64,000 bases of DNA from NCBI GenBank assembly GCA_963731595.1, contig CAVSWE010000003.1:44948-108947 (forward strand), written 5' to 3'. Positions 19,044 through 29,636 of this stretch are shown here, piece after piece (the stretch's first letter is position 1; each line of letters starts with the position of its first letter). Both the position numbers and the translations under genes were made by a program. The notes beneath the pieces were generated by a model. It did no database searches, was not told the DNA's origin, and worked only from the letters and a program-made list of their open reading frames with translations. Source of the stretch: an uncultured delta proteobacterium (lineage in GTDB: Bacteria; Myxococcota_A; Polyangia; Polyangiales; Polyangiaceae).

Positions 19044-21613
19044 CCGAGCCTCTCAAGATTCCCGAGCTCGCGCTCGTCGTGCTCGTCGGAGCGTCCGGCT
19101 CGGGCAAGTCGACGTTCGCGCGCAAGCACTTCAAGGCGACCGAGATCCTCTCGTCCGACGCGTGCCGTGGTCTCGTGTCCGACGACGAGAACAACCAGGC
19201 GGCCACCGAATCGGCGTTCGAGGTGCTCCACTTCATCGCGAAGAAGCGCCTCGCGCGCGGTCTTCTCACGGTGGTCGACGCGACCAACGTCCAGGCCGAG
19301 GCGCGCAAGCCCCTCGTCGCGCTCGCGCGCGAGTTTCATGCGCTGCCCGTCGCGATCGTGCTCGATGTTCCGGAGAACGTGTGCCGCGAGCGCAACAAGG
19401 CGCGCGCCGACCGCGCCTTCGGTCCGCACGTGATCCGGCAGCACATGCAGCAACTCCGCGCGTCGCTGCGCAAGCTCGAGCGCGAAGGCTTTCGACACGT
19501 CCACGTGCTCGATTCGCTCGAAGCGATCGAGGCAGCGACCATCGTGCGTCAGCCGCTTTGGAACAACAGGAAGCACGAGCGCGGCCCGTTCGACGTCATC
19601 GGCGACGTGCACGGCTGCTTCGACGAGCTCGAGGCGCTGCTCGGCGAGCTCGGCTACGTCGTTCGGCGTACCGACGGCGCCGAGCACGCGTTCGACGTGT
19701 CGCACCCGGAGGGTCGCAAGGCCATCTTCGTCGGCGATCTCGTCGACCGTGGCCCCAAGGTGCCCGACGTGCTCCGCCTCGTCATGGCGATGACCGCCCA
19801 GAACGTCGCGCTCTCCGTGCCCGGCAACCACGACATCAAGCTGATGCGGAAGCTCCGCGGCAAGGACGTTCGCATCACGCACGGTCTCGCCGAGTCGCTC
19901 GCGCAGCTCGAACAGGAGCCGCCGGAGCTCTCCGCGCGCGTCGCCGACTTCGTCGACTCGCTCGTCAGCCACTACGTCTTCGACGACGGCAAGCTCGTTG
20001 TCGCGCACGCGGGTCTGAAGGAGTCGATGCAGGGTCGCGGCTCGGGCGCCGTGCGCGAGTTTGCGCTCTTCGGCGAGACGACGGGCGAGACCGACGAGTA
20101 TGGACTGCCGGTGCGGTATCCGTGGGCGCAGGACTATCGCGGCAGCGCCGCCGTCGTGTACGGACACACGCCCGTCCCGGAAGCCGAGTGGCTGAACAAC
20201 ACGATTTGCATCGACACGGGCTGCGTCTTCGGCGGCAAGCTCACGGCGCTCCGCTGGCCGGAGCGGAAGCTCGTGAGCGTTCACGCCGCGTACACCTATT
20301 ACGAGCCCGCGAAGCCCTTTTTGCCGAAGGACGCCGCGGCGCCCGCGCTCACCGATCAACAGCTCCACGACGACGTGCTCGATCTCAACGACGTCCTCGG
20401 CAAACGCATCGTTCAAACGTCGCTCCACCACGCGGTCACGATTCGCGAAGAGAACGCCAACGCGGCGCTGGAGGTGATGAGCCGCTTTGCGGTGCAGCCG
20501 AAGTGGCTCGTCTACCTTCCGCCGACGATGTCGCCGTGCGAGACGACGGCGCGTCCCGGCATGCTCGAGCATCCGGCGGAGGCCTTCGCGTACTTCCGAA
20601 ACCACGGCGTGCCGGCGGTCGTGTGCGAGGAGAAGCACATGGGCTCGCGCGCGGTCATCCTCGTGTGCCGTGACGAGGAGGCGGCGCGGAAGCGCTTTGG
20701 CGTGGTTGGCGAAGGCATCGGCGTCGTCGTGACGCGCACCGGGCGGCCGTTCTTCGGCGACGCCGAGCTTCAGGCTGCGCTTCTTCAGCGTCTCCATTCG
20801 GCCATCGGCAAGGCGGACCTCTGGTCGAAGCTCGATACGAGCTGGCTGTGCCTCGACGCCGAGCTCATGCCGTGGTCGCTCAAGGCGCAGGAGCTCCTTC
20901 GCGCGCAATACGCGGCCGTCGGCGCCGCCGCCGAGATGATGCTCGCCGATGCGCGGACCGCGCTCGCGCAGGCCCTGTCGTGCGGCCTCGACGTGAGCGC
21001 GCTCGCCGAGCGCACGGCGGCGCGCGATGCGATGACCGCGAAGTACCGCGACGCGTATCGTCACTACTGCTGGTCGGTCGCCTCCATCGACGACGTGAAG
21101 CTCGCCCCGTTCCACGTGATGGCGAGCGAAGGCCGCGTCCACGTGGGCGAGGATCACCTCTGGCACATGGCGACGCTCGCGTCGCTCTGCGCTGAGGACG
21201 AAGGCCTGCTCGTCGCGACGCCGCACCGGCGCGTCGAGCTAACCGACGCAGAGAGCGAAGCGGCCGCGGTCGCGTGGTGGGAAAAGGTCACCGCGCGCGG
21301 CGGCGAAGGCATGGTCGTCAAGCCGCTCGACTTCGTCGCTCGCGGTAGCCGCGGTCTGCTCCAGCCCGCCGTGAAGTGTCGAGGGCGCGAGTACCTGCGC
21401 ATCATCTACGGCCCCGAATACGACGCCCCCGAGAACCTCGAGCGCCTGCGGTCGCGCGGGCTCGCGGCGAAGCGCTCGCTCGCCTTGCGCGAGTTCGCGC
21501 TCGGCGTCGAGGGCCTCGAGCGCTTCGTGCGCGGCGAGCCGCTCCGGCGGGTGCACGAGTGCGTCTTCGGCGTCCTCGCGCTCGAGAGTGAGCCAGTCGA
21601 CCCGCGGCTATGA
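19040..21613 (+). CDS. pnkp: Polynucleotide kinase-phosphatase/ligase Pnkp (P-loop kinase, metallophosphatase, adenylyltransferase/ligase)
   Basis: 'LVVLVGASGSGKSTFA' (kinase P-loop). 'DVIGDVHGCFDELEALL...GDLVDRGP...GNHD' (calcineurin-like phosphatase). C-terminal ligase domain with 'EEKHMGSRAV' (KxxG nucleotidyl motif). 857 aa, apparently full length. Confidence 0.85.
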   Translation: MTEPLKIPELALVVLVGASGSGKSTFARKHFKATEILSSDACRGLVSDDENNQAATESAFEVLHFIAKKRLARGLLTVVDATNVQAEARKPLVALAREFHALPVAIVLDVPENVCRERNKARADRAFGPHVIRQHMQQLRASLRKLEREGFRHVHVLDSLEAIEAATIVRQPLWNNRKHERGPFDVIGDVHGCFDELEALLGELGYVVRRTDGAEHAFDVSHPEGRKAIFVGDLVDRGPKVPDVLRLVMAMTAQNVALSVPGNHDIKLMRKLRGKDVRITHGLAESLAQLEQEPPELSARVADFVDSLVSHYVFDDGKLVVAHAGLKESMQGRGSGAVREFALFGETTGETDEYGLPVRYPWAQDYRGSAAVVYGHTPVPEAEWLNNTICIDTGCVFGGKLTALRWPERKLVSVHAAYTYYEPAKPFLPKDAAAPALTDQQLHDDVLDLNDVLGKRIVQTSLHHAVTIREENANAALEVMSRFAVQPKWLVYLPPTMSPCETTARPGMLEHPAEAFAYFRNHGVPAVVCEEKHMGSRAVILVCRDEEAARKRFGVVGEGIGVVVTRTGRPFFGDAELQAALLQRLHSAIGKADLWSKLDTSWLCLDAELMPWSLKAQELLRAQYAAVGAAAEMMLADARTALAQALSCGLDVSALAERTAARDAMTAKYRDAYRHYCWSVASIDDVKLAPFHVMASEGRVHVGEDHLWHMATLASLCAEDEGLLVATPHRRVELTDAESEAAAVAWWEKVTARGGEGMVVKPLDFVARGSRGLLQPAVKCRGREYLRIIYGPEYDAPENLERLRSRGLAAKRSLALREFALGVEGLERFVRGEPLRRVHECVFGVLALESEPVDPRL

Positions 21614-21717
21614 GTTGGACACGAGCGCGCCGCCTAGGGTCCTGCTACGCCAAGGGTCCAAGAGGCGTGCGCAGCACGTCGACCGGGAAGAAAACGCCGG
21701 CGTCGCGCGTCCGTAGG

Positions 21718-22560
21718 ATGGCGAATCCCCTCGAACGCGCGCCGCTGTCGCTGGAAAGCCTCTCCGTCGGAGACGCTTTCGGTGAGCGCTTCTTCGGACC
21801 GCTGCGGAGCCGGGCGGGGTTTGGCGTTGGACCGACGACACTGCGATGGCGGTTTCCATCGTCGACCAGCTCGACGAGACCGGTTCGATCGATCGCGACC
21901 AGCTCGCGGAGCGTTTCGCGGAGCGCTTCGATCCGGCTCGAGGGTACGGCGCGGGCGCGTATCGGATCCTGTCGGCCATCGGGGAAGGTACTCACTGGAG
22001 GCACGCCGCCGGCAGCGCGTTCGGCGGGAGCGGATCGCTCGGCAACGGCGCGGCGATGCGGGTCGCGCCGCTCGGCGCCTTCTTCGCCGACGATCTCGAG
22101 CGCTGCGTCTCGGAAGCGCGCTCGTCCGCCGAGGTTACGCACGCGCACGGCGAGGGAATCGCAGGCGCGATCGCCGTCGCGGTCGCCTCGGCGCTCACGT
22201 GGCCGCGTCGCGGCGCTCCCGAACGGGCGTGACTGGCTGGCGCGGATCCTGGAGCACGTGCCCGCTGGACGTGTGCGAGATGGAATCGAGGTGGCGCTCG
22301 CGCTCCCCGCTTCCGCGACGGCCGAGCACGCCGCGAACCTGCTCGGAAACGGCGGCCGACACCGTCCCGTTCGGCCTGTGGATGGCCGCCTGGCGCTCTC
22401 ACGACTACGGCGAGGCACTTTGGTAAACCGTGTCGGCGCTCGGCGATCGAGACACGACTTGCGCGATCGTTGGCGTCATCGTCGCACTGCACGTGGGATA
22501 CGCCGGCATCCCGGCCGATTCGCGCCGGGCCCGCGAGCGCTTGCCACCGCGCATCGAGTG
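21718..22560 (+). pseudogene. ADP-ribosylglycohydrolase (ARH/DraG family) with multiple frameshifts and an in-frame stop
   Basis: N-terminus 'LSVGDAFGE'. Core 'GSLGNGAAMRVAPLGAFFADD' in a second frame. 'ETAADTVPFGLWMAAW' in a third frame, followed by TAA. C-terminal 'GDRDTTCAIVGVIVALHVGYAGIP' after the stop. Confidence 0.5.
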
Positions 22561-22588
22561 ACCGTCGCAAGGCGTCGGCGCCCGACGT

Positions 22589-23185
22589 TCAACGCGTCGC
22601 GAACGCCGGCGGAAAGCCGAGCGCCGCGCGGATGCTCGCCGGGTCGTCGAGGTCGTCGAGCGCCGCTGCGTCGTTCGGGGTCGGGAGAACCGCGCAGGGC
22701 AGCGACGCGAGCACGTCGCGGAGCCGGGGAGCGCCGTCGCGGTAACACGCGCGAAGGACGCTCGCGCGGAGGGCGACGGGGTGGCCGTGGACGAAGCGCG
22801 CCGCGAGCGTGTGGTCGAGCGCCTCGAGGAGGGCGCGCGTCGTCGGGCTGCCGACCGGGCGCGTGTCGACGGGCGTGACGAGGACGGCACCGGCGCGATC
22901 GAGCGCGCCCGCGCGGACCGCGGCCTGGATCGAGCCCGCGGGGCCGAGGTCGTCGGGCGCCTCGCTGGTGACGACGGTCACCCGCGCGTCGCTGCGCGCG
23001 CGCAGCACGGTCGCGACGCTCGCGCGGACGACGAGGACGACGCGCTCGCTCTCGGCGGCGAGGCGCGCGCGCGCGTGGAGGAGCGCGAGCGGCTCGCCGT
23101 TCACCGCGAGGAGCGCCTTCGGGCCTCCCGCGCGGGTGCCGCGTCCGGCCGCGAGCACGAGCGTCGTGGCGAGACCTCGTGACAT
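22589..23185 (-). CDS. MobA/MocA-like molybdenum cofactor nucleotidyltransferase
   Basis: 'LVLAAGRGTRAGGPKALLAVNGEPL' NTP-transferase motif. Lies 4 nt after the had-like gene and near the molybdo-enzyme genes hcrCAB. Confidence 0.65.
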   Translation of the reverse strand: MSRGLATTLVLAAGRGTRAGGPKALLAVNGEPLALLHARARLAAESERVVLVVRASVATVLRARSDARVTVVTSEAPDDLGPAGSIQAAVRAGALDRAGAVLVTPVDTRPVGSPTTRALLEALDHTLAARFVHGHPVALRASVLRACYRDGAPRLRDVLASLPCAVLPTPNDAAALDDLDDPASIRAALGFPPAFATR

Positions 23186-23189
23186 GGCG

Positions 23190-24255
23190 TCACCCGCGCG
23201 GATCGAAGACGATTCGGCGACCGAGGCGGTGATGCGCCATGTCGTCCAGGATCTCGTTCACGCGCGACATCGGCGCGTGATCGACGAACGGCGCGAGCTG
23301 AATCGCGCCCGAGTCGATGAGCCGCAGCACCTCGCGGTACGCTTCGGGCGGGCAGCCCCAGCTCCCGTGGATCGTCGCGTCGAACGCCATCAAGTTCGAG
23401 AGACGGATCTCGACCGGCGCGGCGCAATAGCCGACTTGCACCATCGTCGCCGCGGGCCCGAGCAGCGTGAACGCGAGCGTTTGTCCCTGCGGGGTGCCGC
23501 TGCACTCGAAGATGCGCCAATGGAGCGAGGAAATTCCCCACTCGGCCGCGATGCGTTGAACCTCCTTGCGGACCTCCTTGGGCGCGCGGCCTTCGACGCA
23601 CACGGTGCGGTCGGCGCCGTGCGCCGCGATCGCGTCGAGCTTCGCGGCGCTCACGTCGAGAGCGATGACGCGCGCGCCGAGCGCACGCGCGATTTGAATC
23701 GCGTAGCCGCCGACGCCGCCCGCGCCGACGACGAACGCGAGGTCGCCCTTCGCGAGCGCCGCGCGGCGCGCCGCCTGGTACGCCGTCGAGACGGCGTCGG
23801 CGACGACCGACAGATTCCGCGGATCGACGCTCGGCGGAAGATCGTCGAGCGCGACGAGCGCCGCCGCCGGGACGAGCACGTGCGTCGCGAAGCCTCCGTC
23901 GATGTCGTTGCCCGGCATCTTCTGCTTCGGGCACGCGTTGCCGCGGCCGGCGCGGCAGAGCTCGCAGTCGCCGCACGGCATCACGGCGGGGACGAGCACG
24001 CGCTTGCCGACGAGCGACGCGTGCGCGGGCCCCGCCGCGACGACGCGTCCGACGATCTCGTGGCCGAGGATCAACGGGAGCGCGTGGCGCGGCGCGACCT
24101 CTCCGCTCGCGTACGCGAGATCGGTGTGGCAGAGGCCGCACGCCTCCACCTCGAGGAGCGCTTGCCCCGCGTCGGGCTCCGGCATCGGCAGAGTGCGTTT
24201 CTCGAGCGGTTTTCCCGCTGCCGTGAGCACGTAGGCTTGCATCGTTTTCGCCATG
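23190..24255 (-). CDS. Zn-dependent alcohol dehydrogenase (MDR family); candidate 6-hydroxycyclohex-1-ene-1-carbonyl-CoA dehydrogenase (Had-like)
   Basis: 'CGLCHTDL', 'GHEIVGRV', 'CGDCELCRAGRGNAC' structural-Zn motif, 'VVGAGGVGGYAIQIA' Rossmann. Last gene after bcrD in the same operon direction. Confidence 0.6.
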
Positions 24256-24259
24256 GTTT

Positions 24260-25132
24260 TCACCCGTGGGCCGAGGATTGGTTCTTTCGCTGGAGCTGGT
24301 CGTAGCGGTACGCGCCGAGCATCGCGGCGCCGAGCGCGCCGGCGAGCATGGCCTGCGGATGCATGCGCACCTCGAGCCTCGGGAGAGGCTTCTTGGATTT
24401 CGTCGACTCCTTCTCGAGGAGCTCGCGCAGGCTCGCGACCAGGCCGACGTCTTGACCGAGACCGCCGGTGACCGCGACGACGCCCTCGGCCCCGGCCGAG
24501 CGCAAGAGACGCAAGAGACGGCCCGCGATGCTCAAGTGGATGCCGCGCAGCACGTCGCCGGTGGCGAGGCCGCGCGCGACCATGTTGATCACGTCGGTCT
24601 CGGCGAGGACGGCGCAGACGCTCGAGACCTCTTCGAGCTGCTTGGACTCGAGCGAGATTTTGCCCACGTCCTCGAGCGGGACGCCGAGGTAGCGCGCGAT
24701 GTTCTCGAGGAACTGTCCGGTGCCGCTCGCGCACTGGCTGGTCATGCGGTGGCCGAGCACTTTCCCGCGCTCGTCCATGCGGATCGCGCGCGCGTGGAGG
24801 GCGCCGAGATCGAGCACGGCGCGCGCCTCGGGCGCGAGGAAGACGCGCGCCGCGCGCGTGCGTGGTCATTCCGTAGAAGTGCCCGGTCGCGAAGGAGACC
24901 GCGTCGACGTCGCCGGTGCTCGCGACGTAGCAGAGCTCGTCCGGCGCGACCTTGGCGTGCGCGCAGGCCTCGTCGAACGTCGCCTGGACCACGTCGAAGA
25001 CATTGCGGCGTCTGACGCGCTGGACCGCGGTCGCGAGCACCTCGGCGCGCTCGCCCGCGCGGCTCGCGGTGACGGCGACCTTGATGGCGCTGGAGCCTGC
25101 GTCGATTCCGGCTGAAATCAGGGGTTTCATGG
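24260..25132 (-). CDS. bcrD: Benzoyl-CoA reductase subunit D (BcrD/BadG; BadF/BadG/BcrA/BcrD ATPase), apparent frameshift near 24850
   Basis: N-terminus 'MKPLISAGIDAGSSAIKVAV' preceded by RBS AGGTGAGG. C-terminus 'ARVFLAPEARAVLDLGAL...QCASGTGQFLENIARYLG...VAVTGGLGQDVGL' is in a different frame from the N-terminus. The switch falls in a 'gcgcgcgcggcgcgcg' tract. Confidence 0.7.
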
Positions 25133-25134
25133 CC

Positions 25135-26462
25135 TCACCTCCGAGCGCGCGTCGCGCACGAACGCGGGGAGCTCGGGCAGCGCGCCCGCCGCGACGTCGT
25201 CGAGCGAGAAGAGCGCGGCGCCGAGCGCGCCCATGTAAATGGAGTCGGGGTGGATGTTGAGCTGGATGTCCGCGCCGTAGTTTTCGATCGACGAGCTCGC
25301 GGAGGACCTTGGTCGCCATCGCGTTGTTGCAGACGCCGCCCGTGAACGTGAGCTCGGTTCGCACGCCGCCGCTCCGCGCGAGGAGCGACATCGCCCGCAG
25401 CATGATCGCGCGGTGCAGACCCGCGAGGATGTCCTCGCGCTTCTGTCCGAGCGAGAGTCGCTCGCGGAGCTCGGCGCCGGCGAACACGGTGCACGTCGAG
25501 TTCACCTTGGTCGACTTGCGCGCCGTCAGCGCGAGCGGGCCGAGCTCGTGCAGGCCGAGGCCGAGCTCGTCGGCGATGTAGCCGAGGTAGCGCCCGCAGC
25601 CGGCCGCGCAGCGATCGTTCATCTGAAACGACGTGACGACGCCGTGCTCGTCGACCTGGATGGCCTTGGTGTCTTGGCCGCCGATGTCGAGGACCGTGCG
25701 CGTGCCCGGGAAGACGCGGTGCGCGCCGCGGCCGTGGCAGAGGATTTCGCTTCGGACCGCGTCCTTCGGGAAGGGGAGCGTCTGGCGTCCGTAGCCGGTC
25801 CCGACGACGGCAATCTCCTCGATGGGGTCGCGCGTCGCTTCGTCGATGGCGTGCGCGACGACGTCGGTCGAGCCCACGCGGCGCGCCGCGCGCCCGAGGA
25901 GATCGCGCGTGTCGCGCGGGCGCAGGCGCGTCTCGACCTCGAGGATCGCGCGGTCGTAGAGCGCGACGAGCGGCTCGAAGGCGACCTCGCCCGCTCGCGC
26001 GAGCGACTCCGCCTCGGCCACGAACGCGGCGCCCGCCAGATCGCGGAAGAAGTCGCTCCGCCGCGGGGCGCCCTCGACGAACGACGCTGGCGCGCTCGAC
26101 TCGATCGCGTCGATCACCTTCGTCGCCGCACGCTCGAGCGCCGCGCGGTCCGGTCTCGACGACTGCGCGAGGTTGTCCGCGATCGTGCGCCGCAGCTCGT
26201 CGAGGTCACCGACAAAAAGCTCGAGCCGAAACGCCTCGCGGAGCGGGACGAGGTAGGCCTTCGCGCCGCCGCGCTTGGCAAGCGCGCGCTCGAGCATGTC
26301 GAAGCGCGCCGACGTGTGCGCCTCGATGCGCGCGACCGCGCAGGCCACCTCGTAGTTGCTGCGGCTGTTGGTGATGCCCCGCCCGAGCGGCGCGCCCGAC
26401 TCGTCGAGCATGACCGCCTTCGTCGTGGTCGAGCCGAGGTCGATGCCGATGACGCACTTCAC
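25135..26462 (-). CDS. bcrA: Benzoyl-CoA reductase subunit A (BcrA/BadF ATPase), apparent frameshift near 25270
   Basis: GTG start overlaps the bcrB stop (GTGA). 'KCVIGIDLGSTTTKAVML...DIGGQDTKAIQV...CAAGCGRYLGYIA...FTGGVCNNAMATKVLRELV'. The true C-terminus 'IENYGADIQLNIHPDSIYMGALGAALFSL...*' lies in another frame (switch at a T4 run) and its TGA overlaps the bcrD ATG. Confidence 0.7.
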
Positions 26463-27806
26463 GCCGGCTCTCCTTCTTTCAGGACGGGCAGGCTGCGCTT
26501 TCCCTCGGGACGCGCGGGGAGCGGCGCGCCGGGGCCGAGCTTCTTTCGCGCGTCGAGCATCTGGAGGAAGCTCTGAACGCGGTTCTCGATGTTGGACTTT
26601 CCGAAGTACCGCGGGTCGACGAGGTCCGACTCGATGAATCCGCCGGGCACGCCGGTGCGCTCCTCGAGCTTGCGCAGCATGAGGAGCTGCCCGACGCTGA
26701 ACGAGTTGCACGACTTGACGCTGTTGATGAGGAAGCCGTCGGCCTCGTACGTCTCGACGTACCGCTCGAGGAGCTCGAGCCGCGTCGGCAGACCGAGGTT
26801 CGTGTAACAACCGAGGCAGTAGTCGGCGAGGCTGTCGAGGCCCTGGGCCGGGTCGTGACGAAAGCCGGTGTCGTAGAGGCCGCCGACGCGCGTGTACGTG
26901 CTCGACACGACGGTCGCGCCCTCGCGGCTGAACATGCGCCAAAAATCGTGGAAGCGAGGTCCAGTTCGGCGGGCCCTCGACGACGAGGCGGTACTTCTCG
27001 CGCGTCTGCTCGCCGTCGGGCGTCATGGGACCGCGGCCCTCGCGGACGCGCTGCTCCACCTCCTCGCGGAGCTCGCGGTAATAGGTCACCGCGTCCTCGC
27101 TGCCGCGGAACGACGAGAAGATCGGCCCGACGTAATAGACGCCGCCGAAGTACCCGTCGATCGGCGCGGGCCGGTGGCGCGCCGACTCCCACACCGCGAC
27201 GAGATCTTCCTCCGCGCGGGCGGAGAGCGCGAGGCGCCGCGCGAGCTCGTCGCGATCGAGCTTCTTGCCGGCGAGCTTCTCGAGCGCCGGGATGACGTCG
27301 CGTTCGAGCTGCGCGGTCACGTACTCGCGCATCTCGGGCGTGATGCGCCCCTCGGTCTGGTAGGGCACGTGGAGCATCACGACGGGGCAGTCGTATTCCT
27401 GCTTCAGGATCTCGAACCACTTCATGAACGTGAAGCAGCCCGTGTACGAGAGGAGCAGGAGATCCGGCGGCGGGAGCTTGGTGCCGGTCGGGCCGATGTT
27501 GCCGCTCTTGAGCATGCCGACGTCGCACTTGACGTAGGTGCACACGTCCTCCGAGTGACCGGCCTTCTCGGCCTCGGCGATGTAGCCGGCCGAGCGCTTC
27601 CGCATGCCGCTCTGGAGGGCGTTGATCTCCGGCAGCACCGGGAGGAGATCGAGCGCCCCGAGCAGCTCGGTGACGTTGCCGGGCACGAACGTGTAGACGA
27701 CCTTGCGGCCGTCCCCCTTCGCGCGCGCGAGCTTCTCGAAGTGCTCGGCAATCATCCGCTTCTGCGTCTGTTGGCTCTTGTCTTTCGACTCGGTCTCGCT
27801 CATCAC
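26459..27806 (-). CDS. bcrB: Benzoyl-CoA reductase subunit B (BcrB/BadE; HgdB-like), apparent frameshift near 26945
   Basis: N-terminus 'KVVYTFVPGNVTELLGALDLLPVLPEINALQ...' (HgdB-like). C-terminal 158 aa ('EGATVVSSTYTRVGGLYDTG...INSVKSCNSFSVGQLLMLRKL') is in another frame. The switch is next to 'gccaaaaatcg'. Confidence 0.7.
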
Positions 27807-28978
27807 GCCGCTCCCCAGAGCTTCACGCCGTCGCTGAACGCGCCGGCCTGCTCCCGAATCACGTTGAACTGGCCCATGTTCTCGGAGAACTTGAAGCTCG
27901 TGTGCGGCACGCCCGCCTTGCGCAGTGCGGCCTCGAGCATCGGCTGATCGAGCAGCGCCGGATCGCAGAACGACGCGGCCGCGAAGATGACGCCGTCGGC
28001 GCCGCTCGCGCGCACGCGGCGGAGCAGCGCGGCGCCCTTGACGAGATCGCCGATGTACCGCGACGCCGTGTCCACGCCCTTCTCGAGGTACGCGCGCGCG
28101 AGCGCGTCCAGCGGCTCCTCGCCCTCGGCAATCTCAATCGGGCCGTCAATCATGCGCATGCCGAGCTGGAAGTCGTCGTCGACGATGTCGCAGCCGCTCT
28201 TCTCGAGGGCGCGAATCAGCTCGAACGGCGGCTGCTCGCAGAAGCTCCCGACGAGGACGACGCGGACGTTGTCGATGGGGCGCGCGGCGCGCTCCTTCGC
28301 CGCCGCGACGAACTCGCGGACGAGGGTCGTGTGCGCGTGCGTCTCGAGGGCAGCGCCCGCGCGGACAATCGCGTACGCCTCGCTCGCCTTCACGCGCCAC
28401 GGCTCTTGGCGGCGGAGCGCGTCGAGCTCGGCGAGCGCCTCGCGACGCTCGTTCTCCCGCGCGACCGCCTCGCGGAGCGCGCGCGCTTCGATCGGCCTCG
28501 CGCCGCGCTCCTCGAGCTCGCGCGCGATTCGCTTCATCTCGAGGACGTAGAACTTCCCGCCGATGCCGGCCTCGAAGTTCTGCGGCAAGTCGAGGTAGGT
28601 CGCGTACGCCTTCGGAAACAGCATGCGCCACATGCCGCCGAGGTTTCGGATCACGTCGCAGATCGACGGAAAGAGCACGCCGTCGAGCACGTCGAGAGCG
28701 CCGGCGAGCGCGAGCTCGACCGTGCTGCGCGGGATGTGACAGATGTACGACTGGAAGTAGGCGTCGCCGCGGATGATGTCGATCGAGTCGCCGCCGCCGA
28801 AGAGCGCGACCGGGAGACACCCGATCGCCTCGAGCAGCGGTCGCGGCGCGTAGATCGGCATGTGGGCGATCGCGAGGCCGCCGGGGTGCGACTCTTTCCA
28901 CCGGGCGACGGTGGAGAGCGAGCGGTCATCGATGATCGCGCGTGCGCGGTCGAGCAAAGCCGAGGCCGGATCGGTCAT
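27803..28978 (-). CDS. bcrC: Benzoyl-CoA reductase subunit C (BcrC/BadD; HgdA-like)
   Basis: 392 aa. 'AHMPIYAPRPLLEAIGCLPVALFGG...FPSICDVIRNLGGMW...FAAASFCDP'. ATG overlaps the tetR stop (ATGA). Confidence 0.7.
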   Translation of the reverse strand: MTDPASALLDRARAIIDDRSLSTVARWKESHPGGLAIAHMPIYAPRPLLEAIGCLPVALFGGGDSIDIIRGDAYFQSYICHIPRSTVELALAGALDVLDGVLFPSICDVIRNLGGMWRMLFPKAYATYLDLPQNFEAGIGGKFYVLEMKRIARELEERGARPIEARALREAVARENERREALAELDALRRQEPWRVKASEAYAIVRAGAALETHAHTTLVREFVAAAKERAARPIDNVRVVLVGSFCEQPPFELIRALEKSGCDIVDDDFQLGMRMIDGPIEIAEGEEPLDALARAYLEKGVDTASRYIGDLVKGAALLRRVRASGADGVIFAAASFCDPALLDQPMLEAALRKAGVPHTSFKFSENMGQFNVIREQAGAFSDGVKLWGAA

Positions 28979-29633
28979 GGCGAATCTCCGTCGAGCTGGA
29001 GGAGGGGCGTGCGGCGAAGCGGGAGCGCCACCTCGGGGATGGGCGCAGAGCCGGCGGCGCCGGCGACGGTCATCTCGACGATCGTGCGCGCGAGCTCGCG
29101 CGGCGAGCCGTGGCGCGCGGGGTCGTACCAGCCGAAGATCCAATTGAGCATTCCGAACATGCAGTAGGCGCGGCGCTCGCTCTCGATCGCCGACGGCTCG
29201 GCGCCGCGCTCGGCGACGACCGCGGCCAGCAGCGCTTCGCCGACCGCGAAGTACCGCTGTTTGAGCGCGCGAATGATCGCGCGGCGCTTTCGCGGGAGCG
29301 CCGCGGCCTCTTGCACGAGCACGCGCATGACGTCCGGTTGCTCGACGAAATGGTCGACGTGGTTCGCGACGAAACGGTGAAGCCGCTCGACCGGCTCGCC
29401 CGGCGTGGCGAGCGCGGCCTCGGCGCTCGAGAGGAGGTGCTGGAAGGCGCGGAGCTGGAGCTCGAAGAGGATGTCCTCCTTCGAGCCGAAGAGGTGATAG
29501 AAGCTCGCGAGCCCGCGGCCGGTGACCTTCGCGAGGTCGCGCATGCTCATGCCGTGGTAGCCGTGCTGGGCCATCGCGGTGGCGGCGCGCTCGAGCACCT
29601 GCACGCGGCTCTCGTCGCGCGAGGCCGGGCGGC
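28975..29633 (-). CDS. TetR-family transcriptional regulator embedded in the bcr operon
   Basis: 'MAQHGYHGMSMRDLAKVTGRGLASFYHLFGSKEDILFEL' (TetR_N HTH). Sits between the dch-like gene and bcrC on the same strand. Confidence 0.7.
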
Positions 29634-29636
29634 TCA

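Noticed and set aside
18944-21226. 760-aa minus-strand ORF
   Set aside because: It is antisense to pnkp, whose three catalytic domains are unambiguous on the plus strand.
23190-27806. Single 1538-aa ORF
   Set aside because: It is not one protein. It concatenates bcrB, bcrA, bcrD and the Zn-ADH through frames that lack stops. The junctions were resolved by homology.
27902-29167. 421-aa plus-strand ORF
   Set aside because: It is antisense to bcrC and tetR.
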